Shown here: piece by piece, positions 12,201 through 24,200 of the stretch
Layout of the letters: the number at the start of each line of letters is the position of its first letter
Numbering within the stretch: position 1 is the stretch's first letter
Source: Podarcis gaigeae
Lineage: Eukaryota
DNA: 64,000 bases
Strand: one strand, 5' to 3'
Assembly (NCBI GenBank): GCA_964106915.2
Contig: OZ066915.1
Notes under the pieces: generated by a model
Told to the model about the DNA's origin: nothing
The model's database searches: none
Seen by the model: the letters and a program-made list of their open reading frames with translations, nothing else
Position numbers and translations under genes: made by a program

Positions 12201-15200
12201 AAAAAATTTTTTCCCCCCAGGCGCGGGGCTGGGGCGGGGGAGGCCCGCCGGAGCTTCCCCTGACCCCAGCCCCCAAACAGGCAGCTCTCTGCAAGCCGTG
12301 GGAGCCCAGGGCTGGCTCCCGCCGCTTGCGGAGAGGTCCGCGAAGCCTGGACGCGCTGAGCTCAGCGCGCCCAGGCTTCCGCATGCAGGCACCTCTCCGC
12401 AAGCAGCGGGAGCGCTCCCCCTGCTTGCGGAGAGGTCCGCGAAGCCTGGAGAGCGAGAGGGGTCTGTGCGCACCGACCCCTCTCGCTCTCCAGGCTTCAG
12501 CGAAAGCCTGCATTCGCCCCATAGGACGCACACACATTTCCCCTTCATTTTTTGAGGGGGAAAAAGTGCGTCCTATAGGGCGAAAAATACGGTATGTTCT
12601 GCAGCAAGGAAAATAAATTCATGTAACCTGTGCAAAATATGTCAATCAAGCAAATTTTCCATAATTTAAACTTCTGCTAGCGGAGAAGAGGACAAGGTGA
12701 GATGTGCAGTGCAACCCATTGTATAGTTATTCTGTGATTCACTTCTTCTTGAGTTTTGTCTACAATGGAATTAGGGCCCAGGAAACCAAAGCCATGTCCA
12801 CATAGCTGTTCAGGGAAGTTTTTAATATTTAACGCTGTATTGTTTTTAACACTTGATTGGGAGCCGCCCAGAGTGGCTGGGTATAAATAATAAATAATTC
12901 TTCTTCTTCTTCTTCTAGCTAGGATTCAGCCCCACAAGTTAAAGTTATTCAAAGCATGGGAACACATTTCAAAACAATTCAGTCAGTGTATACTGTTAAA
13001 ATTACCTGCCACGATCGGATTTTCACTGGGTCTCCAAGTGTGCCTATCAGGTTTGGTTCTTTTGTGTGTGGAACATTATACGTCTCAAGCTTACTTATCC
13101 ATTCATCATAAAGTGAATTGCGGTATTGACCCTGCAAAGGAAAACTATGCATCACTGATATTAAATCAGTATTACAGTTAGCTAAATTAGGCCAACATGC
13201 TGAAAAAGAGAATTGAGGCCCACATTCTTAGCTGTTCCAATGGATTGTCTAGCATTTTGTTCACACAGTAGCCAACAACATACCTATAGGAAGCTCATGG
13301 GACATGAGTGCAACAGCACTCTCCCCACTTGTGCTCCCAGGCAACTGGTATTCAGCAGTTCATCACTGCTTGGCGCAGTGGGTTGATGCTGAGGAGCCAT
13401 CCTCCCAACGCTGGTGTTGCTGCTGTTTACAGTGTGGTGATGGGACAAGGCAATGGTGAGATTGGGGCTACTCTGGTGCTCCTGCTGGGGAGCCTGTGAA
13501 GCCCCAGTTCTGCTGCTATCCTGCCCCTGCACTGACCTGTTAAGTGGCAGAAATGCTGGTGTCAGGAGGGCGGTTCTGCAGCGCAGCCCACCGTGCAAAC
13601 CACTTCTGTACACAGCCATCGTGACTAGTAGCCACTGACTGCTTTCTCCTTCATGGATTTATCAACATCTCTTTCAAAACCACACAAATTGGTGGCCTTT
13701 ACTGCATCACATGGTGGTGAAAGAGAACTTCCTTTGGTCTTTCCTAAATTGTCCAACATACAGCTTCATTGGATGACTCTGGGTTCAAGTATTAAGAGAG
13801 AAGGAGAAAAATTCTCTCTATCCACTTTCATCTACACCCTGGATAATTTTCTATATTTCTATCATGCCCTACTCCTTACTTGTATGTTTTTTTCAAAACT
13901 AAACTGTTCCAGCCCTTTCCTAATTTTGGTTTCCCTTTTCTGCACCTTTTCCAGGTCTACAATAGCCTTCTTGAGATGAAGCAATGAGAACTGTACATAA
14001 TAGTCCATGTGTGACTGCACATCAATTTTTATAAGGGCATTATGATATTGGAAATTTTATTTTCACTTCCTTCCCTAAATGAGCCCGAATATGGAATTCC
14101 TCTTTTTATATTGGGTTGGCATTTTCGCTAATCTATCTACCTTGACAAAGAATTATTTCCTGGACAGTGACTGCCAATTCAGGCCCCACTAGCACATAGG
14201 TGAAGTTAGGTTTTTAAAAACCCAATATGCATCACTTTATACTTGTTAACTATCAATTGCACTGGCTGTTTCTCTTGTGGGACAGATTTAGTAAGTAGGA
14301 GAGGATGTATTAATTACAATTATCATTCCAGTCTCCCCATGTGTTTGGGATTTAAATGTTTAGAATAATCAGCTTAGCGTTTGCACTTAGAAAGCTAGCT
14401 GGTCAGAGTTTCAGATTACTATCCCTAGGCAGAAAAAATAAAGGCTAAGGAAAGGCTGCAAAACCTACCGTATTTTTCGCACCATAGGGCGCACCGGACC
14501 ATAGGGCGCACCCAGTTTTTTTGGGGGGAAATAAAGGGGGGGAAATTATTTTTCCCCCCAGGCGCGGGGCTGGGGCGGGGGAAGCTTGAGCAGCGGGAGC
14601 GCTCCCGCTGCTTGCGGAGAGGTCCGCGAAGCCTGGACGCGCTGAGCTCAGCGCGCGCAGGCTTCAGCATGCAGGCAACTCTCCGCAAGCAGCGAGAGCC
14701 CAGCGCTGGGCTCCCGCTGCTTGCAGAGAGGTGTGCGAAGCTTGGAGAGCGTGAGGGGTCGGTGCACACCGACCCCTCTCACTCTCCAGGCTTCAGCGAA
14801 AGCCTGCATTCGCACCATAGGATGCACACACATTTCCCCTTCATTTTTGGAGGGGGAAAAGTGCGTCCTATGGTGCGAAAAATACGGTATTTAAACCCAG
14901 TTTTGAAGCAAGCTCGCTTCCCCCTTTTTAGTTACCACACTTGGAAAAATAATCAAAACAAAAACTGTAAAGTAAGTTAAAAATAGTGCTTACTTAAAGT
15001 CTTGCACTCATTTTCAACAAACACCAGCAAAAACAATGCAGGTAAAAATACTTCTAGGTTACAAAATTCATAGTTAAATTATAAGATTCAACTATGTCTG
15101 CACATGGGGAGAACACAGACAGACAACTATCTCCATCAAAAGCATGGTGCAAAAGGACAAAGAGAGAGAGAGAGCAACATATGTCTCATTTCTTCCTGCC

Positions 15201-18200
15201 ACTGGAAACAGGGGAAATGACATCACACAGAGCTCTCTCTCCACCAGTTACATTCCTATGGTCTAAGACTGCCCATTTAGTAATTAATAGCTCTGTGGCC
15301 ATTGGCCCCCAGACTTACTAATTAACAAGAATATGCACTGTTAGATTTTGACTGCAACTATCCCAGTTTCAACCCTTGTATGTTTGACAATTCAGCACTA
15401 TGCCACTATGGTTTAGCTACAATGTGGGATGCAGCAAGAATTTGACCCAGAAACATATTTTCTCTTGGGGAACTTATTCTGAACCAGAACTAAATCAAGA
15501 CACTGATCAGGTATTCTGGAAAATAAAATATTTTTCCTACTCACTGTAAATGGGCCCATGTATGCTATAAAGCCAGCTGAAGCCAACACATCCCCTGCAA
15601 TGTTGTTAATCATATAATCCAGGTTCTGGACTGTTTCCTGCCAGCGTATCCTTTCATCAGCCAGGCCATTAATCAACTGGAGAAAAGAAAGATTGACATT
15701 AGTTTCTTTCTCAAAGAAGCTCCACCAAACCCCAGCAGAAAATGCCACAGTAAAACAGTGACTGGGACTGCCCACCTAAGCCCAACTACTGATATATGGG
15801 AAATGAAAAAGCAGATTTGACTCCCTGCTGTGATTAAGGCCACAAAATTACTATCGATGAGGATTTGGCAAACTTGCTTGGGCGGACATAATTGTCAGAA
15901 GAAATTGGTGGTTTTACTAGTATCCCCCCCCCCCCGCCCGAGTTTCTGGATTGCAACTTGGAGATTGTGTCTGTCTCTTTAACAGCTCTGCTGATGTGAA
16001 ACAAAAGAAAGCTGTTTCTTCACCCCCAGTTCTTTCCTTCAGCCTCTGCTCCTGTCTTTCCATCTTGCCCCAACAAGTGGTAGGTGAGGCCTGGTGAAGG
16101 GAATGGGGCAGGAGAATCTACAGTTGTGGCCGTGGCCCTTACCTTGTCAGCCCGACCCAGTCTCTGCTCACACTGATCACACTTCATCTCGAGTTCCTCT
16201 TTTGTGGCCAGAGTACCTTGGTATTTGGCCTGCAGGTTGGCAATGCCATCTTCCACCTCTCGAAGACGCTCCTTGGCCTCATCCAGAATCTTTTGTGTGG
16301 CCTGGAGGTCTTCTTCAGCCTCCCTCAAGGCTTGCTGTGGAGAGAGAGAAATTTTTGTGAATGTCAAGTTCTGCCATAATTCCAAGGAAAATAATTGTGG
16401 TTAGCAGCAATGGGGGTGGGCAGAGGCTCCATTCAGTTTTAGGTGTACATGCAATAACTTTGAAGAAGCCCTGCTGTAGTTCTTACTCGTTTTGGCTCCA
16501 CAGCTTTTGCCACGAAGTGATACTTATGCATGGCCCTGACCCACTGGCAGATAGATGTGCAGGCTTTGGACACTTTGGCTATGGCTGCTGGCTGAAATTC
16601 TTCACTGTCGATATATGGCTGGATCAACTTAATTACTGAATCTGCAATGTTATCCTGAAAGGGTTAAAGAAGAGATTATGAGTGCTGGGAGCATCAAGGT
16701 CTGAGACATCAGGGGAGTCAGCTGTGAGGCAGAACCAAATCCCATGGCAAAAATTCATCAGTGCGGCAGGAAAAGTATAAACTCCCAATTGTGCACTCCC
16801 TTCTCTGTTTCTAGCTTCAAGCCAAGCTTAGGCATTGCTCATTCATTCCTTCAAGATGGCTTTTATTACTGCAAGGCAATGTGTTTGGTTTGTGGGCAAT
16901 ACAGGTTATCATTACCTCCGCGAAAAGTGGAAGGAAAGGAAACCATTTATTTTCATCTGCTGGTTCAGGCCAAAATCAAAAGGTGAGTAGGCCAAGGAGC
17001 GTCCAGTGACTAATCACAGTCAAAAGGACAGCTGAATATTCCTCGCATCACATCCCTTAATGGGGAACATCATCACTGACATTTGCTTCATAGCCAGCTT
17101 GTGACTACAGATAGATGCATGGTCCATGTTTTACGCAACCTTAACCTGGGAATAAATCGAGCCATTTCCTCCCAAAATTGGGAAGTGCAATGAACTTGAC
17201 CCCCTTTCCCCATTTCACAGCCAGGGATTGCTTGCACACCTCCCAGATCCCTGACTGTCAAATGATAGCTTTGTGTGGCTAAGAGAACTCTCCCCTGGCT
17301 AAGGGAAGCATCTGGGGCAAGCAGGCTTCACCTTGTAAAACCCTTTAGCCTGAAGGATTCTCTGCAGATATAAGGTGTTTATTCCCACCAGCAGTTTCAC
17401 TGGGTGTGGCTTCTTTCAACTCCTCTGTTTAACTGAATTGTAGTTTAATTGTTACATTTAAGGTACTATAAAGGGGCTGTACCTCCTAAGAAATGTGGGG
17501 TGGTTGGTCTCCAACAGGGGCTATACCTGTGAAAATTAATCTTAGGGGTAGGAGACTACTGGAGCAACAGGGTCCCCTGTGAGTAGTGGCATTTCCGCCT
17601 TGCCCCTACATAAAATCATTTTTTCAGGTGCATCTTTTCAAAGCAGCCCTGATGGCCATCAATGGAGACGACTGCTTTGAAAGATTTCACTGTCACCAAA
17701 TGCTTCCTTGCCAGGAAAAGCCCTTGCCGAACTTCTCCAGGCTGTGTTTTTGGGATTTGTGGCATGGGTGGGAGGATATTAAACCAGGAGTTCTTGTCTC
17801 CCTTGGATTTTAATCTACTCTGAGGATTTGCAAGGATGGCTGCTTCTCTGAAACGCACACCATGAGACCCTGGAGCTCATATCCTGGCTTGAGCCAAAAG
17901 AAAATAAAGCGGGGAAATGGTAGATGCCTCCTCCCTCCCTCCCTGCCAAATAGGTGAGGTTGTGAGGGGAGGAAAAAGGGGCATCCTAGAAATCCCTACC
18001 CAGAGATGTAGCATATTGGATGTATTATTTCTCTGAAATATACGGCCATTAACTAATTAAATTGAGCTTTACTAGCATGAACCAAAAAGCTATGAGAGAA
18101 AAGCATTTGATTGACTAGATGGCAAGCTTAAGTCCCACAATTATGCCAGCTACACTAGTACTTAGGCTTGCCCTTTTTCTTTTTTACTAGCCCTTGCTCC

Positions 18201-21200
18201 TGAGCTTTTAATAACAACTCCCTCTGTAGACTTTAGCAGAGGAAAAGTTTATTCCCATGCCAGGAAGTGCTTCACCTGCTGTTGCTTCCAGATCAAGCTG
18301 TTGCTAAAAGCACAGGAGAAGCCAAGGCCGTTTTATTCTGGTCAGTTGGATGGGAGGAGCATGGAAGAGAGAGAATGGCTGGCTGACTGACTGAATGACT
18401 GACTACTATGGTACTTACCTTATCATATTTAAACAAGCTTTCAAGAAATTTCCCTGGGTCCTGAAGAAGGACTTTGCCGGGTTCCCAATAGTCATCTAAC
18501 TTGGAACCTAGTTTCTCTCCTGCCACTTTCTTGGGCTTGATACCCTTCATAATGCAGACAGCTTCAATCACCATCTTCACTCCAAGTGGAGGACGCTGCA
18601 TTGCTCGCACCTAGTTGGAAACATGGGGGGAAGAAGTGGATCAGTAATTCAGTATAATGTCACATCTGCTGGATGGCATTCCTAACTATCCTGGACTTCG
18701 GTACTGAGGCATGAAATAAATAAAAGAGCACCACCATTCATAAAGCTGAGTGCCCTTTCTCTGATTGTTTATAATACGCTATCCATGCACACAGCACTTT
18801 ACAAACAAAGAAATGACAGGTCCCTGCCCCAAAGGGGCTTACTGTCTACAAACTGACACAAGGAAGACAACAAAGGAAGGGGGTAAAAGGGGCAAGAATA
18901 TATTACTTCAGTGACAATTATTTAAGCTTAGTTACAATGGGGGCATGAGGACTAGCGGGGTTCTGCTAAAGGCTTCATGGAAAATTAGGAGGGGTTTGAA
19001 GATAGGATGGCATCATGGGGACATTCTGGGAGGCTGCAAAGAGCAAAAGACCTTTGTGCAGCAGAGGGTGGCAGAGAGGGACAAGTGAAGATTACAGGCA
19101 GGAATGCATCAGGATATATGAATGAAGAGGGGTAAGGGACCATGTGGATAACTGAATAGGTAAGAAGTCTAGGAACTTAAGGAAGTGTGTCATATGGCCA
19201 GCATTATAAGAGAGTTGAATGCTTTTTGACAATCAAGTGCTGGACTGAGGTGAGGGGAACAAAAATGAGGCAACAATGCTGAGAAAAGATTGCAGTGATT
19301 AAGATGCAAGGTGACCAGAGCCTGAATCAGCTTTTGCCAAGATGTCAGAAAGAAAAGGACCAAGGGAAAGAGTGAGAGTGTGTTGTACCTTTTCAACAGG
19401 GTAGGTGGTGGTGTTATCAATGAATACAGATAGTGTGAGGGAGTTGGGACAAATGATGAGAAATTTGCTATTGGATGTAATGAATTTGAGACAACAATGG
19501 AACTACCAAAAAGAAATAACCAGTGAAGTACTTGTACATGTGACATCAGATGAAAGGGGGAAATTTTAGGATAGCGACGGAGAACTGGGCATTAGCAGCA
19601 TACAGGTGGTACTTAAAGCCACTCTACAATGTGTGTAGAGGAAGAACAGCAGAAAGGCAAAAATAGGAACCACAACACAGAAGGAAAGTAGGAGAAGAGC
19701 TTTCTTGTATGAAAATGCTGAAAGAGCAATTAGGCATGTAGGAAAAGAATTCATGGAGGGCAGAATCATGGAAACTTAGGGCAAAAGGGGAGCCAAGCAA
19801 GAGAAAGTGATTAATTTGAAAGGGAGAATAGAGGTCAAGGGGAGTGAGGACTAAATAGAGACCTTTGAATTTGGTAGGGAGGAGGTGGTCAGTGATTTTG
19901 GTAGGTACAGTTGAAGAGGTGAAAAGATTTGCAGGAGAGAAAACTGAGATACCAGGAGTACACAGCATACTCCAGTAGTCTGCAAATTGCAGCTAGATGC
20001 GAAATTGGACAAGAGATTTTTTTTTAGTGGAAAGGATAGAATCCAAAGTAACACTGAGTGAACATTCTGTCAGCTTAAGGAATTCTACTTGTGCAGTTGA
20101 ATTTTTTCTCCTCCCTCCCACACACCCCTTAAATATATTTTAGGGGTTTCCCAGCCCCATGAAGCAGAATTGGAAGGGGCATGGAGTGTGCGCGGGGAGA
20201 AGGGGAAAAGTTCCACTGCACAAGCAGACAGGATGGGCTTGCTGAATACTACCCAGTGGCATGTTTAAATGCAGTCATTTTGAAGGTGTGGTTCTTATTT
20301 ATTGGGAGGAGATGATAGCTGCCCTGAATATGGCTGCTTCTTTAGGTTTGAAACACCACCTACCTAGGTTTGATTTACACATGCCTAGTGACATGAGGAA
20401 AAAGGAAGACTGGGTTTATAAACCTTTCATAGTGTAGAAAAGAGAATTTCAGGACATGAAGTGCAGTAAGTGTCCAAATCCTAGGGTGGCCAGTTGAAAA
20501 AGACAAAGCTCCCAAACCTTTAACAGCTATGTAGAAGAGGGATGTTAGCAGCTGCAGCACATAATATAAGCAACACCAGCTGAAAGTCCTCCTTCTACAT
20601 AACTATTAAAGGGGCCCAGTCTTCTTTTTCAGCAGGTAACCCTTTCAAATTCTCTCCTCTGCATATCCATTAAGGATGAAGGGCCCTGACCTTCTTTGTT
20701 GAGCTCAAGTATGAGGACCCCTTCATGGATCACTGCCTTGCCGTGGCGAAGGGGCTTGAAGAACTCAGAGAAGCTATGAACTATGCCGAGCAGGGCACCC
20801 AAGATGAACAGGTCATAGTGGAGAGTTTTGACCAAACGTGATCCACCTGGAGGAGGAACCGGCAAGCCACTCCAGTATCCCTGCCAAGCAAAACCCCATG
20901 GACAAAGACAACTGCTGGAGGAGACTCTTGAGAGTCCCATGGACTGCAAGAAGATCAAACCTCTCCATACTGAAGGAAATCAACCCTGAGTACTCACTGG
21001 AAGGACAGATTGTGAAGCTGAGGCTCCAGTACTTTGGCCACCTCATGAGAAGAGAAGACTCCCTGGAGAAGACCCTGATGTTGGGAAAGATGGAGGGCAC
21101 AAGGAGAAGGGGGCGACAGAGGACGAGATGGTTGGATAGTGTTTTCGAGGCTACCAGCATGAGTTTGACCAAACTGTGGGAGGCAGTGGAGGACAGAGGT

Positions 21201-24200
21201 GTCTGGCGTTCTCTGTTCCATGGGGTCACGAAGAGTCGGACACGACTAAACGACTAAACAACAACAACAACATGAGGAACCTTTGGCTGTTCAGATGATG
21301 CTGAACTACAGCTCCCATCAGCCCCAGCAAGTATGGCCAATGGTTTCTCACATCTGGTCTAGATCACTTAGAGTTGCCTAATTTATGGCACAATCTTAAC
21401 CATGTCTACTCAGATTTAAGCCCTGTTGAATTCCATGGGGCTTAAAAAGGTAAAGGTAAAGGTACCCCTGCCCGTACGAGCCAGTCTTGACAGACTCTGG
21501 GGTTGTGCGCCCATCTCACTTAAGAGGCCAGGGGCCAGCGCTGTCCGGAGACACTTCTGGGTCACGTGGCCAGCGTGACATCGCTGCTCTGGCGAGCCAG
21601 AGCCGCACACGGAAACGCCGTTTACCTTCCCGCTGGTAAGCGGTCCCTATTTATCTACTTGCACCCGGAGGTGCTTTCGAACTGCTAGGTTGGCAGGCGC
21701 TGGGACCGAGCAGCGGGAGCGCACCCCGCCACAGGGATTCGAACCGCCGACCTTTCGATCGGCAAGTCCTAGGCGCTGAGGCTTTAACCCACAGCGCCAC
21801 CTGCGTCCGCCTCCATGGGGCTTACTCCCAGGTAATTGAGGTCAGGACAGTGAGCCTTAGTCACTCAAAGCTTTATGAGTGAACAATATTGTGCTTGGCA
21901 TTATATGAAAACTGTCTCTGTTGTCAGATCTTTGAAGATGGTTTCATGTTTGCAAGTTGTCACTCAATGTCAGAACCACACTGAATGAGAAAAGAACATT
22001 TGTGCTTGAACTTTCCCCAGTTTAGATTATTGTCATACTACCTCTGTGTCAATGTATGTATGTATGTGTACTTGGAAGCTCCACTAAATTTACTTTCGGG
22101 TAAGTGTGCATTCAATTATGGATAAAACCACCTGATGCAAATAATGGCTGAAGTGTCCCAGTGTTTGCCATCAGATGGCTAGGTAGGTATGCATGCAAGA
22201 GAAGAATCTCAAGAATGTCTTTTTGGAATGCAATGGGATGAGCTCCCCTATTATGTATCAGTAGGGTTACAGGCTGGGAAAGTACTGAGCATACTAGAGC
22301 TGATGGGCTTTCATTGCATTGCCACCCGTGAGCAGAAATTGTACAGACAGGATGGCAGTGATGATCAATACAAAAGGCAGCTGCCGGATATAGTACAATA
22401 CTGGATAGAAACTAATCATACCAATTTGTCAATTGGCTTCCGATATAGCTTTAACACAGCAGTTTGCAATTAGGACAATTAGCAGCTGCTAATACTTGAT
22501 CTTTGTGCTGTGAAAAGTTCCCCCTGCTGGTTTCTGCAGAAATAGGTATAAGAGAACTCCAGGCTACAGTTTGCTTCCAGGGTTACAGGGGTAAGTTACA
22601 AAGAGTGGCTAAAAAAAGACTACATGCATTGTTGTTTTGCTACTGCACCAGTGGGGTTTTGATCACAGAATTGCTGAGTTGGAAAGGACCCCGAGGGTCA
22701 TTTAGTCCAACATCCTCCAATGATGTTGATGCAAATAAAAATGCAAAGTAAATCACTTGGCTCACAGGATTGCTCCAGGGTGGTTGTGGTCTGTGTGTGA
22801 AGAAGCTGAGGGATAGTATCCAAAGGGCAGAATAAGTATTTATGCAGGGCCCTGAAACTTTTCCCTGACCATGAGCAATCCTGCTTGATCCTCCTTTATA
22901 TTATAAAATTTAACCAATTATTATCTGCATGCTTACAAGATAAAAGCTATTTTAACACCCAAATGCATGAAGAAAGTTAACACTAAAATTCTCAAGGTGT
23001 GGAATTCAGATAACCGATACTAGGGGTGTGCATCAGCTCTGTAGTTCCCAAATTAATGAGGCAAATAGGGGTGATTTGGGTAAGGTTTTCACATGCTTGA
23101 ATCAGACTGACTGGAGACTCCTTAAAGTCCCAAGTTCCTCTGTAGAATTGAGTGCCCCCATGCTGCTTTTCAAAATGAGTCCTGCATTCTTTCCCAGGGG
23201 AAAGGTTCTGTATCCCCCAACGATCTCTCTGTGAGTTGGAAGGAGAAGCCTGTCTACTTACTTGCGTGGGCTCTTTGCTGGGTAACAGGCTCTTTGTACA
23301 CCCCCCCACCCCACCCCCGGAATGTATCTACATACAATTTGGCAGACTTAATCAACCCTAGTAGGGCTCCTATATCTGCAAATTTCATCAAATTCGGTGA
23401 AATGAGAAAAAATTATAGCCACGTTTAGATTTTCCATTACTGAATGTAGGAAAAGCAGAGCTTTGTTTTTAGTAGAATGAATTTGATCCCCCCCCCCCAA
23501 AATGAGTCAAGCTGGAAAGATGGGGTGACTCCAAAAAAGACTGGGCTGCTTCCCAAAGCGGAAGATACAAGTCAAAATCTTATGGTTGGTGCACACCTCT
23601 ATTAAACGTCTTACTTGTGCAATGATGGCATAGGTAGGCACAAGGGAGACCTCCCTGCATTTTGATAAGCAAATTGCATCTGCTCCCTCCAGGGTTCGAA
23701 GAACCAGAACATGCTCTCACGGAGACGCTCCAGAGTTTTCCTCCTGGATACAGTTGACAGAGGAAGTGAGTTTGTGGAGACCCTGAAATTTGTTTATCCC
23801 AAGGCAGATGATCTTCAGGAGAAAGACTTTGACTGGCTCTTTGATTGTCCTGAGACAGAACAGTTTCTTGAGTCTTTCTGCAACATAGTGGGGGAGGAGA
23901 ATGTATCCAGTTCTACAGAACTGGAGGCCTATGAGAAACTGGTCATTTCCGGGAAGCCTGTTCTGGAAGGTGAAGCACTGGAACAGGTGTTGAAGACCTG
24001 CCGCCAAGCCTCTCAGCTCAGGTGTGCTATGCAGGAGAATGACACCTTGCCTCTCGAGACACTTGAACAAGAGGTGCAGATGCTGAAGAGCCAATGCGCC
24101 TGTCGGGTAATGCGGCGCACCAAGCTCCAAATTCGTCTAGCCAGCTTGAAGCGGGAGCTCTGTCATTCAGCTGAGAAGAAAGAGAAAGCAAGCCGGGAGC

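Noticed and set aside
12064-12616. Several overlapping ORFs of 85-157 aa (and similar ORFs at 14425-14980)
   Set aside because: They lie within GC-rich palindromic MITEs that are naturally poor in stop codons, and show no protein motifs.
19190-20054. Cluster of minus-strand ORFs in the large intron
   Set aside because: Frameshifted remnants of an old L2 reverse transcriptase.
20838-21257. 139-aa ORF with RT C-terminal similarity
   Set aside because: A chance in-frame fusion within a deleted BovB; it lacks the endonuclease and RT core and is not a host gene.
23711-23745. PP1-docking RVxF motif in SRVFL
   Set aside because: The spacing is R-V-F with no residue between V and F, so it does not fit the consensus.
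23717-24130. 137-aa minus-strand ORF overlapping HAUS3-like exon 1 (also 26117-26512)
   Set aside because: Antisense shadows of real coding exons; the flanking DNAH1 exons join correctly without them.
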